64,000 nucleotides of DNA from Eledone cirrhosa (taxonomy: Eukaryota). The notes under the pieces are model-generated. The model had not been told where the DNA came from. It did not search any database and saw only the letters and a list, made by a program, of their open reading frames with translations. The DNA is taken from contig OZ024743.1 in NCBI GenBank assembly GCA_964016885.1, forward strand, positions 266,724,001-266,788,000. Direction: 5' to 3'. Shown here one piece after another: positions 26,001 to 38,630 of this stretch; positions within the stretch are counted from its first letter, which is position 1; every line of letters begins with the position of its first letter. The position numbers and the translations under genes were made by a program.

Positions 26001-28778
26001 ATTGACAATCAGTGGGTTGTTCACATAACAAGATGCTATGCAAGACATTTAATGCGCATATTAAATGCGCATATTAATGCGCATGTTCAATATTGTAACT
26101 CAGTTAAATCTATACGTTACGATTGCAAATATGTCAATAAGGGATCGCAAAGAGCCGTCTTTCAAGTGGCACCAACATATTAGGTAGAACTGTTTCAAAT
26201 AGGGCGTTATATCTCAACCAATGAGGCCGTTTGGAGAACGTTTGGTTTCCCTATGCACGAGCGATTCCCCCTGTTCAACATCTCAGTGTTCACTTAGAGG
26301 ACAAGCAGAGAGTTTAATTCACTGACGAAAAGTTACGTCAACAGGTTCTTTTCCCACGTACGAGAACTTTGACTGCATTTTTCGAACTCTGTACGGTTAA
26401 CTCCTAAGCAAAAACCCTTCTGTGTGTTGATGTTCCTCATTATTATTCTTGGAACCACTGAACTTGCTTATGGCAAAGAAGAAAACAGGGCCGACATATC
26501 GATTAAGATCCTGCCATTTTTGAAGGTGACACAATAGGACGCAATACTGTTCATCCTTTCAACTTTGAATGCTTCCATCTTCGACTGCTGCTTCACGTTG
26601 TACGTGGACCAACATCCTTTGTAGCCCTTCGCAAAGTGGACGGTCAATTATGCAAGACATTCAATGACGCCTGGTTTAAACGGGCACTCATCGATACGGA
26701 CAACCATTATGAAAGTACACTTGAGGAAGCGTCTCTCCGATGATCTCCGTCAAAGCTTCGGCATATATTCGCCATTATGCTGGTTTTCTGCAACTATGTT
26801 AACTCGCCTTCATTGTGGAATAAATACAGGGACCACCTGTGCCACGATATATGGCTTCAAACCTGTCAAGCTACCGAAAATCCCACCACTGCTTTTACCC
26901 GCTGATCTAATTATCTTGGAGGACTTATTCCCCGGATAGAAACCAAGAGCAAACTTTTAATCGACTCCTCCCTAGAGAAACCAGCTACGACAAAACCAAG
27001 CTTCGACAATACGTAGCTGTCAACGAGCCTCTCCTTAATCCAGATCAAGAATCTGCATACAAATCCGTTCTAAACAAGGTATACTGCAATACTGGCGGGA
27101 TTATTTTCATAGATGCACCTGGAAGGACCGTTAAAGCAGTTCTGCTTAATCTTATTCTTGCTAAGGTAAGGCAGAATGACGACATTGCACTTGCTGTTGC
27201 CTCTTCCGGTATAGCTGCGACTCTTTTAGAAGGTGGCGCACATCACACTCGACCTTCAAGCTGCCACTGAACGTCGTCCATCAAGAGAATCCCATCTGCA
27301 ATATCTCACATAGTTCTGACGAAGCTGCTATGTTGAAAAGCTGTAAACTAATTGTGTTGGATGAGGCAACCATGTCCCATAAAGGGCCTCTTCAGGCACT
27401 AGATACCACAATGAAAGATCTTAGATCTAATGACAATATATTTGGAGGAGCCACTCTTCTTCTCGCAGGTCACTTCAGACAGACACTTCCTGTGGTACCA
27501 AATGGATCAGCTGCTGATGAAGTGGACGCCTGCTCAAAAAGTCCTCTTTTGGCAGTTTGTTGAGGTACAAAACCTAACAATTAATATGCGATCGCTATTA
27601 AAAGCTGGTCGTCTGTCTACGCCATTTTCCACTCAACTCCTCCAAATCGGTGATGGTCAACTTGAGTCCGACGACAATGGATACATTGACACTTCTACCA
27701 TTGGCCATTCACTCTCGACGCCCATGACTTATGTTCTTCAGTTTATCCAAATCTTTCAACTGAATTCATGAATCCTGATTGGCTTTGTGAGAGGGCTATT
27801 CTTGCACCCACAAATGCTGCTGTTAAGCTGATCAATCACGAAATAGTTGGTCAGTTGCCCTCTATTCAACGCTGTTACAAGTCAGTTGACACTGTTACAG
27901 ACTTTGATCAAGTGACCAACTTCCCAACAGAGTTTCTTAACTCTCAGGATCCTCCAGGACTACCTCCTCACGAGTTGTATCTAAAAGTTGGAGCTCCTAT
28001 TATCCTGCTACGTAATTTATCCCCCCTCCCCCTTTCTATTAATGGAACAAGCCTGGTGGTAAAGCAACTGATGAACCTTGTAATTGAGGCAGAAATAATC
28101 ACAGGACCCGGGCGATATGAATCTGTTTTTATTCCCAATATTCCTTTTAACCCTTCTGATTGTCCATTTACCATGAAAAGGTTACAATTCCCACTGAAGA
28201 TTAGTTTTGTAATGACCATAAACAAATATCAAGGCCAATCTCTTAAAGTTGTTGGTCTTGATCTTCGAACCCATTGCTTTTCACATGGTCAGTTTTACGT
28301 TGGCTTTTCTCGAGTTGGTAATCCTGACAACCAATTTATTTATTCTCCTGACGGGAAAACCAAAAATGTTGTGTATAAATCTACTCTTCAATAATCCAAA
28401 AGACAATGAGTACTCCCACCCAACATCCACCTCTTTTTATAACGATTTGCTCATCCATCAGTTCCCCCCTGTTATGTCCAATCTGTATTGTTATTCTAAC
28501 CTATGTACATAATAGAGTCTATTATTCACTTCACTTCTCCATTTCATGATGCGCTTTTACTGTTGTCAAAAAAATGTAAACCTAGACTGGATTTCTGTTG
28601 TTATGGGATAACGGATGACACCGAGCTCACACATTAATTATATCGCTGGAAAGTGCCTAATGTTTTCATATTTAAATAAAGTACGTTTTTCTTCTATGTA
28701 TTCAAATTTACATTGTTTAGTTTAATGAGCTACATCGAAAGCTAATTAAACCGTCCAAAGGACGGGTACTTTAGCTAG
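23025..28778 (+). mobile_element. Full-length Helitron (decayed RepHel)
   Basis: 5' A|TCTGTATATATATAAAGCTGAAG; 3' hairpin CCGTCC-AAA-GGACGG then GTACTTTAG CTAG|T; AT target inside (TA)n. Confidence 0.9.
23762..28394 (+). pseudogene. Helitron Rep/Pif1-helicase gene, disrupted by frameshifts and stops
   Basis: IRAYNSAFQMTSFG, YDALQYPLLF; Rep motifs LFITFTCN, VEWQKHGLPHAYML, RYDCKYVNKG; helicase DAPGRTVK (mutated Walker A), IVLDEATM, AGHFRQTLPV, RAILAP, MTINKYQGQSL, HGQFYVGFSRV. Confidence 0.92.
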
Positions 28779-28864
28779 TATATATATTTAATATATATAT
28801 AATATATATATATACGTATATATATATAGCATATATATATTATATATGTGTATATATACATATA

Positions 28865-28942
<78 letters not shown>

Positions 28943-28965
28943 TAATATATATATATAATATGGCA

Positions 28966-29163
28966 GTCGATCGACTTACGTCCAATCAGACCGTGTAAAC
29001 AATGTTTCCATAGGTCTTTCCAATTGCTAATACTATCTATCGGTCGCAACTCCAGATAGAAGGAGCAACGTGGAATAAAGTGTCTTGCTCAAGGACGTAA
29101 CGTATCACCCGGTCCGAGAAGTGAACGCGCCTTGACACACACACAAACACACACACGCACACA

Positions 29164-29203
<40 letters not shown>

Positions 29204-29505
29204 GACACACACACACACACATACACACATACACACACATGTGTGTGTGTGTGTGTGCGTGGGTGCGTGTGTGTGTTTGTGTGTTTGTCAAGGCGCGTGG
29301 CTGAATGGTTAGATAATTCGATTCGCAATCGTGAGGTTGTGAGTTCGATTCCTGGAACGAGCGATGCATTATGTCCTTGAGCAAGGCACTTTATTTCATG
29401 TTGCTCCTTCTACCTGGAGTTGCGACCGATAGATAGTATTAGCAATTGGAAAGACCAATGGAAAAATTGTTTCCTCGGTCCGCTTAGACGAAAGTCGATC
29501 GACTG

Positions 29506-29508
<3 letters not shown>
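28966..29508. mobile_element. Divergent pair of a second tRNA-derived SINE family
   Basis: Plus copy 29292-29508 (GGCGCGTGGCTGAATGG A box, GTTCGATTCC B box, TGTCCTTGAGCAAGGCACTTT core); internally deleted minus copy 28966-29132; fragment also at ~22750-22830. Confidence 0.75.
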
Positions 29509-29555
<47 letters not shown>

Positions 29556-29586
29556 TATGTATATATATATATTTATATATATATAC

Positions 29587-29620
<34 letters not shown>

Positions 29621-29621
29621 T

Positions 29622-30216
29622 ATGCAGACACTACATTACCCGTAATCAGTAATCACCCAGAAACATTAGTGTCTGAAGTTCTGTTTACATGCCAACACAA
29701 GAGCAAGAACGAAGTGCTTATTCTACTGAAAAGAGGCTTGTTTGTATAATTGCAAACGAATCGAATATTATTATTAATATGAAAAAACACTCCGATTACA
29801 TTCATTGTACTCGGCCATGTAGAGCGATAACGTTTTGTTAGTTATTTGAATATGGCACAGCCGGCCACTTATCGCTCGAATACATGAAACTGATTGGTCT
29901 ATCTGCTGATATGCAATTCTGATCAGTGGACCTGCTAATATGCAGATTTGACTGATCTCACAGTCTGATAATATGCAAATCAGGTCGAGCAGTCACTGTA
30001 TATTTTAGAAAATATCATATAATTTCACTAGTTCTGACAGTTGGCAGATGATCAGTGAACTGTACTGATGAAGGGTATTCGCCCAGAAACATTAGTGTCT
30101 GCAGTTCTCTTTAAATGCTAACATAAGAGCAAAAATTAGGGGCTCAGTCTACTGACATGGCTTAAAAGAGGCCTGTTTGCATAATGGCAAACGAATCAAA
30201 TATTATTATTAATATT
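29622..30216 (+). mobile_element. Retrozyme-like element: partial tandem of a ~426 bp unit with a hammerhead
   Basis: Direct repeat ~29657-29780 / ~30083-30215; starts with a short inverted copy (TGCAGACACTA) of the ribozyme 3' strand; TA-rich flanks. Confidence 0.7.
30057..30107 (+). ncRNA. Type I hammerhead ribozyme, canonical GUC site
   Basis: GAACTGTA CTGATGA aGGGtattcgCCCa GAAACA ttag TGTC TGCAGTTC: 8-bp stem I, intact core, stem III ACA/TGT, predicted cleavage after 30099. Confidence 0.85.
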
Positions 30217-30404
30217 CGAAAAACTTATATATAAATATATAAATTATTCCGCCGGCGAAACAATTGTAACACACAATAAATTGAGTTCAGATGCATCACT
30301 GATTTTTCGTTTTCTATTATATCATACACTGTTCTGTAAGAGCATAGAGTGCTCAACTGGCATGCCGCCCATGGAAGCATCTTAGCTACCATCAGACACA
30401 CACA

Positions 30405-30477
<73 letters not shown>

Positions 30478-30686
30478 GTATCTTGATCACGGTTTTACAG
30501 CTGATGAAGGATTTCTTTTCTTCTTTTCTTTTCTTCTCTAATATATATATATATATATTCATTAGTTAAACAAAACAAGACCACACATTTCACAAGGAAG
30601 ACATTATTAAAAGATTGTCAACATATGTTAGTTTGATGTAAGGAATGTAGCGAATAATAATAATAATATTAATAATAATAATGTCC

Positions 30687-30805
30687 GTTTATAATTGTTT
30701 CGCTACTACATATAATATTTCTGGATCAAATGACTATATATCAGTATTGATCTGGTTCAGTTGAAAATAATTAACATAGTTAAAGATGGAGCGGCTCATC
30801 GGAAC
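30687..30805 (-). ncRNA. Hammerhead motif in inverted Penelope pLTR
   Basis: Reverse-complement copy of 33231-33349 with the same CCGATGA core. Confidence 0.5.
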
Positions 30806-33230
30806 TTCAAAGGAATATAAATTAAAATAAGGAAAGAATGTTACATAACTCCTGAAACTTACAACTCTTTCCTTCTTAAGGAACTTAATAAAAACTATAA
30901 AACAACTATACCCTCCAGTGTAAACGTACTTAACCGAAAAACCCAGGCTTTGGTTAAGGACTTGCATCTGGATAGATTTACCCACCCTTATGAACCAACA
31001 ACCCCAAGGTTCTCTCTCAAGTATCATAAGCCAAAATTTATAGAGAACCCATCTATTAGACTTATAAACCCAATCACATCCGACCTGGGTCGTATCAGTA
31101 AGAACATCCTTGATAGGATCATCCCTGGGCTACGGGATGATATCACCTACAAGTTGTGGTCCAACACCGACCAAGTCATTAGATGGTTAACCGATCTAAG
31201 GTCCAAGCAATCTATGAGGTTCATCCAATTTGACATTGACAGTTATTACGCTTCAATAACCCCGGAACTGCTCAACAAAGCATTAATCCTAGCCAGCACC
31301 AACTCGGACATAACCAATAATGAGATTGACATCATACTTATGGCTAGGCAGCACTCTGGACTAGAAAAGACAGAACAGACAACTTTGACATCACGATGGG
31401 CTCAAGTTACTCTGCGCAAATCACCGATTTAGTTGGAATTTACCTATTACATAACATCAGAGCCGAAATCCAACTCTTGCAAGGCGGAATACACAGCGAC
31501 GACGCCCTATTTGCAGTCCACAATTGCACTAATCGGGGCATTAATTTGCTCAAAAAACAATTACTTAGATTCTTTAAAAATAACGGTCTCTCTATCACCA
31601 TCGAGCCGAACCATAAAGTAGTAAACTTCCTAGACGTCACCCTGGTTCTTAACAATAACCTATATTACCCTTACCATAAACCAGGTGAAATACTTACATA
31701 TATTAGCCCAGACTCTAACCACCCACCGGCAGTCATCAGAGCAGTAATCAAATCTCTCTCATATAGGATCTCCATGCGATCAGCAAATGAGGAGATATTT
31801 ATAAACCATGCTCCATATTATAATAAGGTTCTTTCTGAATCTGGTTATGACCAGTCCATATACTAAAATACCTAAATGCCATAACATAGCAATTCACCAT
31901 AATAAACTTAACACTAGAACTAGAAATACCTTAGCATATAGCCAGATTCGCCGGAATTTTAGCAGTAACAGCACCTATACAGGGAACATTAATGGTGGCA
32001 GCGGCCTGCTTCCCACTCCAAGTAGCAAACTAAAAATCAACCCTAGAATATGAATGAGCAATGGGATGACAAATAACAAATTCCCAGGTAATAATAATCC
32101 TAGGAAGGCCACTACCAACTCCACTAGAACCCCTAGAAGGAATAGGCCTAGAAATATCACCTGGCTCAACCACCTATTCTCATCTAATCTAGCCACTAAT
32201 ATCCCTACACGCTTCTTCTCTATCCTATCTAAACATTTTCCCCAACCATAGATATTACAAACTCTTTAATAAAAATAACATTAAAATCTCATTCTCCATA
32301 ACACCTAACCTAGCTAGCCACATCATATTCAGTAACCATCCTAAAGTAAGACAGTATAACTCCCACACCGCGGTATCACCACCCCTATCATATACACCAC
32401 GCCACTATACCAATACTTACTCTAGTAGCACACCTCCCCATCTAATCCTTCTAACACTGACCAACCGCTTAGGTTAAACTACCCTACTCTCACTAACTGC
32501 AGAAGTAACTGCAACTGCCGTTACCCTAAAACTGCTTCGAATACCAGCTCCTATATCGGGTCTACCTCTATCCCTTTTAAGGTACGCTATAACGCGCACT
32601 CTTTTTCCTTCCGAGACCCTAACAACAGATGTTCGACATCTCTAGCTAAGCTCATTAAAAACCTTAAATTAACCACCATTGAACACTCACTAACATGGGA
32701 TATCTTAGCTAGGGCCCAACCGTTCAATAGATGAAGAAAATCTTGTGATCTCTGTATTACCGAAGCATATTACATAACTCTATCACGACCTCTACCGATT
32801 AACGATATAACGGAGGTAACTATCAGCTGTCAACATCGAAGGGCTAATTCCTTCGCCAACATATTATTTGAGCCAACATAGTCATCCTGCCCCATTTTTA
32901 CTTGTAGTTAATAAGTTAAATAGCTATAACTAACTTAGATAATTATAAGTTACCTCCCTTACATTGTCTCTCAATTAAAAAATTAGCACTTAACTATAAA
33001 CTACCCACAATTTCTAATCTCTCGAGGAGTTACTTCCCCTGAAACCACCTTCTAATGGCGGCCATCTTGTTACCCATAGGCAGATCTCACACAATGCAAC
33101 CCCGACAGAAGAATACTGCTTGATTATGGCAGACAATTGATACACCCAGGACTCCATAGTGAAATACCAATATATGGAACATTAAATTTATGTAACATTC
33201 TTTCCTTATTTTAATTTATATTCCTTTGAA

Positions 33231-33349
33231 GTTCCGATGAGCCGCTCTATCTTTAACTATGTTAATTATCTTCAACTGAACCAGATCAATAATGATATAT
33301 AGTCATTTGATCCAGAACTATTATATGGAGTAGCGAAACAATTGTAAAC
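33231..33349 (+). ncRNA. Hammerhead motif in Penelope pLTR, ~95 nt stem II
   Basis: GTT CCGATGA GCcgCTCTAT...ATGGAGtaGC GAAAC AATTG TA AAC. Confidence 0.55.
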
Positions 33350-33655
33350 GGACATTATTATTATTAATATTATTATTATTATTCTCTACATTCCTTATAT
33401 CAAACTAAAGTATGTTGACAATCTTTTAATAATGTCTTCTTTGTGAAATTTGTGGTTTGTTTTGCTTAACTAATGAATATTTCCAGCTCTGTGCGCCCAA
33501 TTTCTGCATGAACCCAGCCACCTAGCTTCTTTCTACTGCATATTGCACATTGAGCACATGCCTTTACTCTTTGGCTTCTAACTAATCCACCACTCTCTCC
33601 TCTCCATCTCCTCTCCTATCTCCATCTCTCTCTCTAAGATTGGTTACTCTTGAAC

Positions 33656-33739
<84 letters not shown>

Positions 33740-33750
<11 letters not shown>

Positions 33751-34642
33751 CTGCAGATGTCTGCCTGTGTGTGTGACAGTTTGAATCCCTAAAACTCGAG
33801 AACCAGCCAACCGACTGTTTTCAAACTTTACACATGTAATATTTATGTTTCGGGGAGTGTTCTGAGTAAAAAAAAAACAATTTAAATGTTCAATGCCCTA
33901 AGGACCGCATGAGGCGATTTAGCGATCTCTCTCTATAATTCTTAGTCTTTCTCTTTTTAGATAGATACATACATATAACGTCGCGCTCTTATAATATTGG
34001 TCTCTATGTCTGTGTCTGCATTACGTCACTTCCCTGAGGATGTCTGTGTGTGTGTGTGTCTGAGTTTGAATCCCTAAAGCTCTAGAAGTACCCAACCGAC
34101 TGTTTTCAAGCTTTACCTATGTTTCTGGCAGTGTTATGCACATTAAAAAACTGAACTTTTAGTCCCTTAGGGCCCGCATTAGTTTAAAAACTGTGTTTTT
34201 TCAGGTTTTTATGGATCTTTTGAGGCGTTTCTTCAGACTGATTTCCTTGAAATTGTAACTATGTATTAGTCAATCTCTTCTTCATACCGTGAGCAAAGAA
34301 AATCGAACTTTTTTTATCGCCTAGGCTCCGCATTTGGTGAAAAACTTCATTTTTTCAGCTTTTTAGGACTTTTTTTGAGGCGTTACGTCTAGCCGATTTT
34401 CTCAAAATTTCAAGGCATATTATGCAGATAAAGAAAATTCATTTTCATGATTCCCGCATTAAGTGAAAACCTGCATTTTTCCTCCTTCATCGAGGAAAAT
34501 ATTAAAGATTATCCAGCCATCAGAGTATTCGGTTTATTTTATTTACATATTATTCACGCATGCACTTTTCTCACGATTAGGTCTGTTGGCGGCCTGCGTT
34601 CCAAAATACTTTATCCCGTGCAACGCCGGGTACCACTGCTAG
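33740..34642 (+). mobile_element. Non-autonomous Helitron
   Basis: 3' terminus CCCGTGCAACGCCGGG TACCACTG CTAG|T; 5' end merges into (TA)n; internal duplication ~33757-33830 / ~34040-34115 and degenerate ~130 bp subrepeats. Confidence 0.75.
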
Positions 34643-34653
34643 TATATATATAA

Positions 34654-35182
34654 AACGAAGGAACTGTGGTAAGGAACCAAGTGGACCATAACGCACCAGA
34701 GTACTTAATACTTTAGGGTAGTAGAGTGGGTAACAGGAAAATGTTCAAGACCCCGACGGTAGAGCTGGAGCCGTTTCGACGGCTATTTCTGGACTAAATT
34801 AGATTTTTAGAATGGTAGTAAACAGCTAAACGTTTCAAGGGGTAATATGGGAAGATTGTAGTTGTCAAAAGGATTGGTCAAAATCTCTTGTAAACACAAT
34901 TAAATCCTTCATGGCGGTGGGTGGGAGGTGGTAGTGGCTGAACTTGCGGATTGTACCGAGATGATGGGCTCCTTACCCTCAAAGGGTAAAAGCCCAGTAG
35001 TACGGACCGGCTCTGTAAACACCTAATCAACTTCTTTCGGGACTGGGGATTTAAGATCACCCTAAAGACGTCCCTAACTCGAGTCAATTTCCTGAAGGTT
35101 ACCCTCAACCTCGAAAATTATATGTACTCCCCATACAGGAAACCAAACGACAACCTTCACTACATCCACCGCCGCTCTAACC
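34654..35182 (+). mobile_element. Penelope fragment (inverted pLTR piece plus RT core)
   Basis: From 34951: LYRDDGLLTL...LINFFRDWGFKITL...VNFLKVTLNLENYMYSPYRKPNDNLHYIHRRSN. Confidence 0.8.
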
Positions 35183-35189
35183 AGAATAT

Positions 35190-35795
35190 AATGAGGTTCA
35201 AATGGCCATCAACCAGTTAAACACGGGTAAGGCACCTGGATCAGTAGGAATTCCCGTGGAATTTTAAAGGTTGGTAATATGAACATAATACAAACAATAC
35301 TCAATCTCATCACAGAGTGCTGGGCTGCAGCTCCTATACCACAAGATTGGATAGATGGCATCTTGATGGCCTTGTTTAAAGTTAAAGTGGATAAAGGAAT
35401 CTGCGATCACTACCCTGGCATCACTCTGTTGGAGTCTGTGGGCAAAGTTTTTGTTAGATTATTGTTGAACAGATTGATGGAGTACATTTGTCCCTCAGTA
35501 ACGCCTTAATCACAAAGTGGCTTTAGATCTGATTGATATGATCTTCACTGCAAGGCAGACTCATGAGAAATGTATCGAGCAGCGTATCAGGTTTTTGTTG
35601 ATCTGACAAAGGCATTTGAGGCGATGCACAGAGGCGTACTGTTGAAAATACTATGGAAAATAGGGTGCCCGCCAAATTTTATTGATATGTTTGTCGGACT
35701 GCACAGAAATATGAAAGGAAAATTGTCCAATGAAATCCCAGTTGATAATATGGTGTGAAGCAGGGAGATATCCCGGCTCCCAATATTTTTTGCAC
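35190..35795 (+). mobile_element. RTE LINE RT N-half fragment
   Basis: AINQLNTGKAPG, CDHYPGITLLESVGKVFVRLLLNRL, VFVDLTKAF, GVKQGD motifs. Confidence 0.85.
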
Positions 35796-35799
35796 TATC

Positions 35800-36850
35800 T
35801 TGGAATGCATGAGTCAGAATCTCAGCAAAACATATTAAACAAGTGGATTTTCATGTGATTTTAAATGAGTGATGTACCCGGATTTAGAGACCAGAAAACG
35901 ACCACACACCTTCAACCCCAGCTCCCTATGTTCTTATTGAGGTTCATACTGTGGCCTTTTCGAAGCTGAAGTTTAAGTTTTTCACGATCAAGACGTCTCT
36001 CATCAAACATTCTGCAGCCTTCATTCACACGTCCTCTCCATTTACCCCTCTTTAAAGCAAGCACTTCCCAGTTCTGAACTTCAGACTGTAGATCTTTAAG
36101 GTTGTTTTTTATGAGATCCTTATATCTTTTTCTTGGTTTGTGCTGAAGGGGTTTCCCAGTGTGCAATTGACTGTAAAATAGTAGTTTTGGGAGTCTTTCC
36201 TCATTCATGCGCTCAAGATGGCCTACTCAACGCATTTGAGAGGATATAATGGTAGATCCAATGCTCATGCAACCAGCATCTATAAGAATTTGTGTGTCAG
36301 GTACTTTTTGTTGCCATTTGATGTTTAGGATTCGTCTTAAACACTTTTGATTAAAGTGATCAAACAAATTAAGGGGTCTACGATGTACTGTCACGTTTCC
36401 AAAGAGTACAATAGAGCACTCAGAGCATCTTGTACACACTAATCTTGGTCTTGATACTGATGCCATGATCCGTCCACAATCTTTTTTCAAGTTTTCCGAA
36501 GGCTACAGAAGCCTTCTGAATGCGCAGGTGCATTTCTACGTCCATTGAACCATCCCTTGATAATGCACTACCCAGGTAAACAAAAGTGTCAACTAAACAC
36601 AACCTAGTTCCATGCATAATTATATTTGGCTCAATATATGCTCCCACTGGTGATTATGTGAACATTACCTTAGTCTCTTTTAGACGAATGTTCATGCCAA
36701 AGGCATTGCAAGAAGCTGCATATCAATCCATCATGTGTTGTATGTCATCTTGTGAGTGATCCAGAAGTCAACATCGTCTGCATACATGAGTTCTCTAATT
36801 AATATTTGGAACATTTGAATTTGAAATTGAACTTTCTTAGATCAAAGATC
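35800..36850 (-). mobile_element. RTE LINE RT C-half fragment (inverted)
   Basis: Minus: RELMYADD (~36790), FVYLGSALS, RIQKASVAFGKL, CLRRILNIKW, ERLPKLLFYSQL. Confidence 0.85.
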
Positions 36851-36882
36851 ATTCTTGTAGTCCTATCTTCCCGGACCATCGC

Positions 36883-37221
36883 TAGCTGTTTGTAAACAAC
36901 GCCTGCTTTGTGTCTCCTTATTTATATACGTATATATGTATATACCTGCTATGGTTATATAGCTTCTAATTAAATAGCAAGTAGCATGGGAGCCATGTCG
37001 GTGTAATGGTAACACATTGGTCCGGCTAACCAAAGATGTGGGTTCGTGTCCCATGTACATCAATACTCATCATTTTTCTGAGGATTTTTTTAAAATCCCA
37101 ACTAAAAGACTAATTTTTTTAGTCAAATACGGCGGAAGCACATGTTAATAACACATTTTCAAATTCGCTGGTAGTTTGTAAACAGAGCCTGCTTTGTGCC
37201 TCCCTAATTATATGTATACAT

Positions 37222-37225
<4 letters not shown>
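36883..37225 (+). mobile_element. Short element with ~55 bp direct repeats (period ~285 bp) and an internal tRNA-like cloverleaf
   Basis: GTTTGTAAACA..GCCTGCTTTGTG repeated at ~36888 and ~37175; tRNA-like 36993-37062; related copy at ~54665-54958. Confidence 0.65.
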
Positions 37226-37267
<42 letters not shown>

Positions 37268-38254
37268 ATGTGTGTGTAAATTAATTTAAACGTAGACCAA
37301 TACATTCACACAGACTACCAGATAGATGGAAGAACATGAGATAAAGAGAGTGGGGCAAAAAATATGAATATTAGTAAAAAATATATACAAAATATAAAAC
37401 AAAACAACCACCCAAGGGAGGGCAATCTTTACAGATGAAAAATTGGAAATACAAAAAGGAGATGAATGAAATAATAAATAAATATCGTGCAATTTGTAGA
37501 TAACCTGTGTTATGTATATTTTGTATGCATATTTCTTCTCATTTCCTCGTGTACTATGATGGGAGAAGGGAAAGTAGAGTGGATTAGATCTGACCGATGA
37601 TCTGTAATTCCATAATTCTATAATTCCTGTTCGTAGATATACAAAAATAAAAACAGCTAGAAATATAAAGATGGAAGATCTGATAATAATAATAGCAAGA
37701 AAAATAAAGAAAAATATTAGACACAATAATAAAAAACAATAACATCAGCAACACTAACAACAAACACAACGACAATAATGATAAAAAAAAGTCATATTGA
37801 TGATGATGATGATGATGATGATGATGTGTACGGCGATGAGGAAAATGAATTAATTTACAGCTACATATCTGGGACAAATTTCAAATCACGCGCACACACT
37901 CATATAGACTTGTGTGTGTATGTGCGCGGGACTGTGCGCTTACGCGTGTGTGTATGAGTGTGTATATGTGTCTTTCACGTTGATAAGGAATTAAAAGATT
38001 TTGGTAGATAGTGTTAGACGTCTATATTAAAAGATAATGAAAATTATGGAAATATAACAAAAAGGAAATACATTCGAACGAAATAATAAAACAAAGACAT
38101 ATGAATACAAAATTATGATACGCCGCGGCAAATATATATTGATAAAGATATACAGAGAGAGAAAACTCAAACATAGAATATATACGCAGGTCCCTGCATA
38201 CAGGCATGTACACAAGCACACACACGCACACACACACACACACACAAACACACA

Positions 38255-38340
<86 letters not shown>

Positions 38341-38399
38341 TATGTATATATATATATATATATATGTGTGTGTATGTGTGTGTGTATGTGCGTGTGTGT

Positions 38400-38594
38400 G
38401 TGTGAGAGAGAGAGATGCTGTATGTCTTTACGCATGTTCTGTGCGTTTGTGCATGTATGTGTATTAGATATTAAATTTCACACTATAAAGCTAAAGTATA
38501 TTATGGATTGATAAATGTACAAACATTTTGTTTAAACGAATGTTTGAGAGATGTGTAGGTATGCACAAATTGTTTATATTTAAGCATGTAATCC

Positions 38595-38630
<36 letters not shown>

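Larger units (their letters stand above)
30555..33655 (+). mobile_element. Penelope-like element (RT + GIY-YIG) with inverted 5' pseudo-LTR
   Basis: Inverted repeat 30555-30848 / 33188-33480; ORF pieces IRLINP, FIQFDIDSYYASI, MGSSYSAQITDLVG, HSDDAL, VNFLDVTL, SNHPP, ITWLN; GIY-YIG SYIGSTSIPFKVRYNAH (~32550-32600). 5' truncated, frameshifted. Confidence 0.9.

Noticed and set aside
36993-37062. Functional tRNA-Ala(GGC) gene
   Set aside because: Poor acceptor stem, C at position 33, and embedded in a repeat with a diverged second copy.
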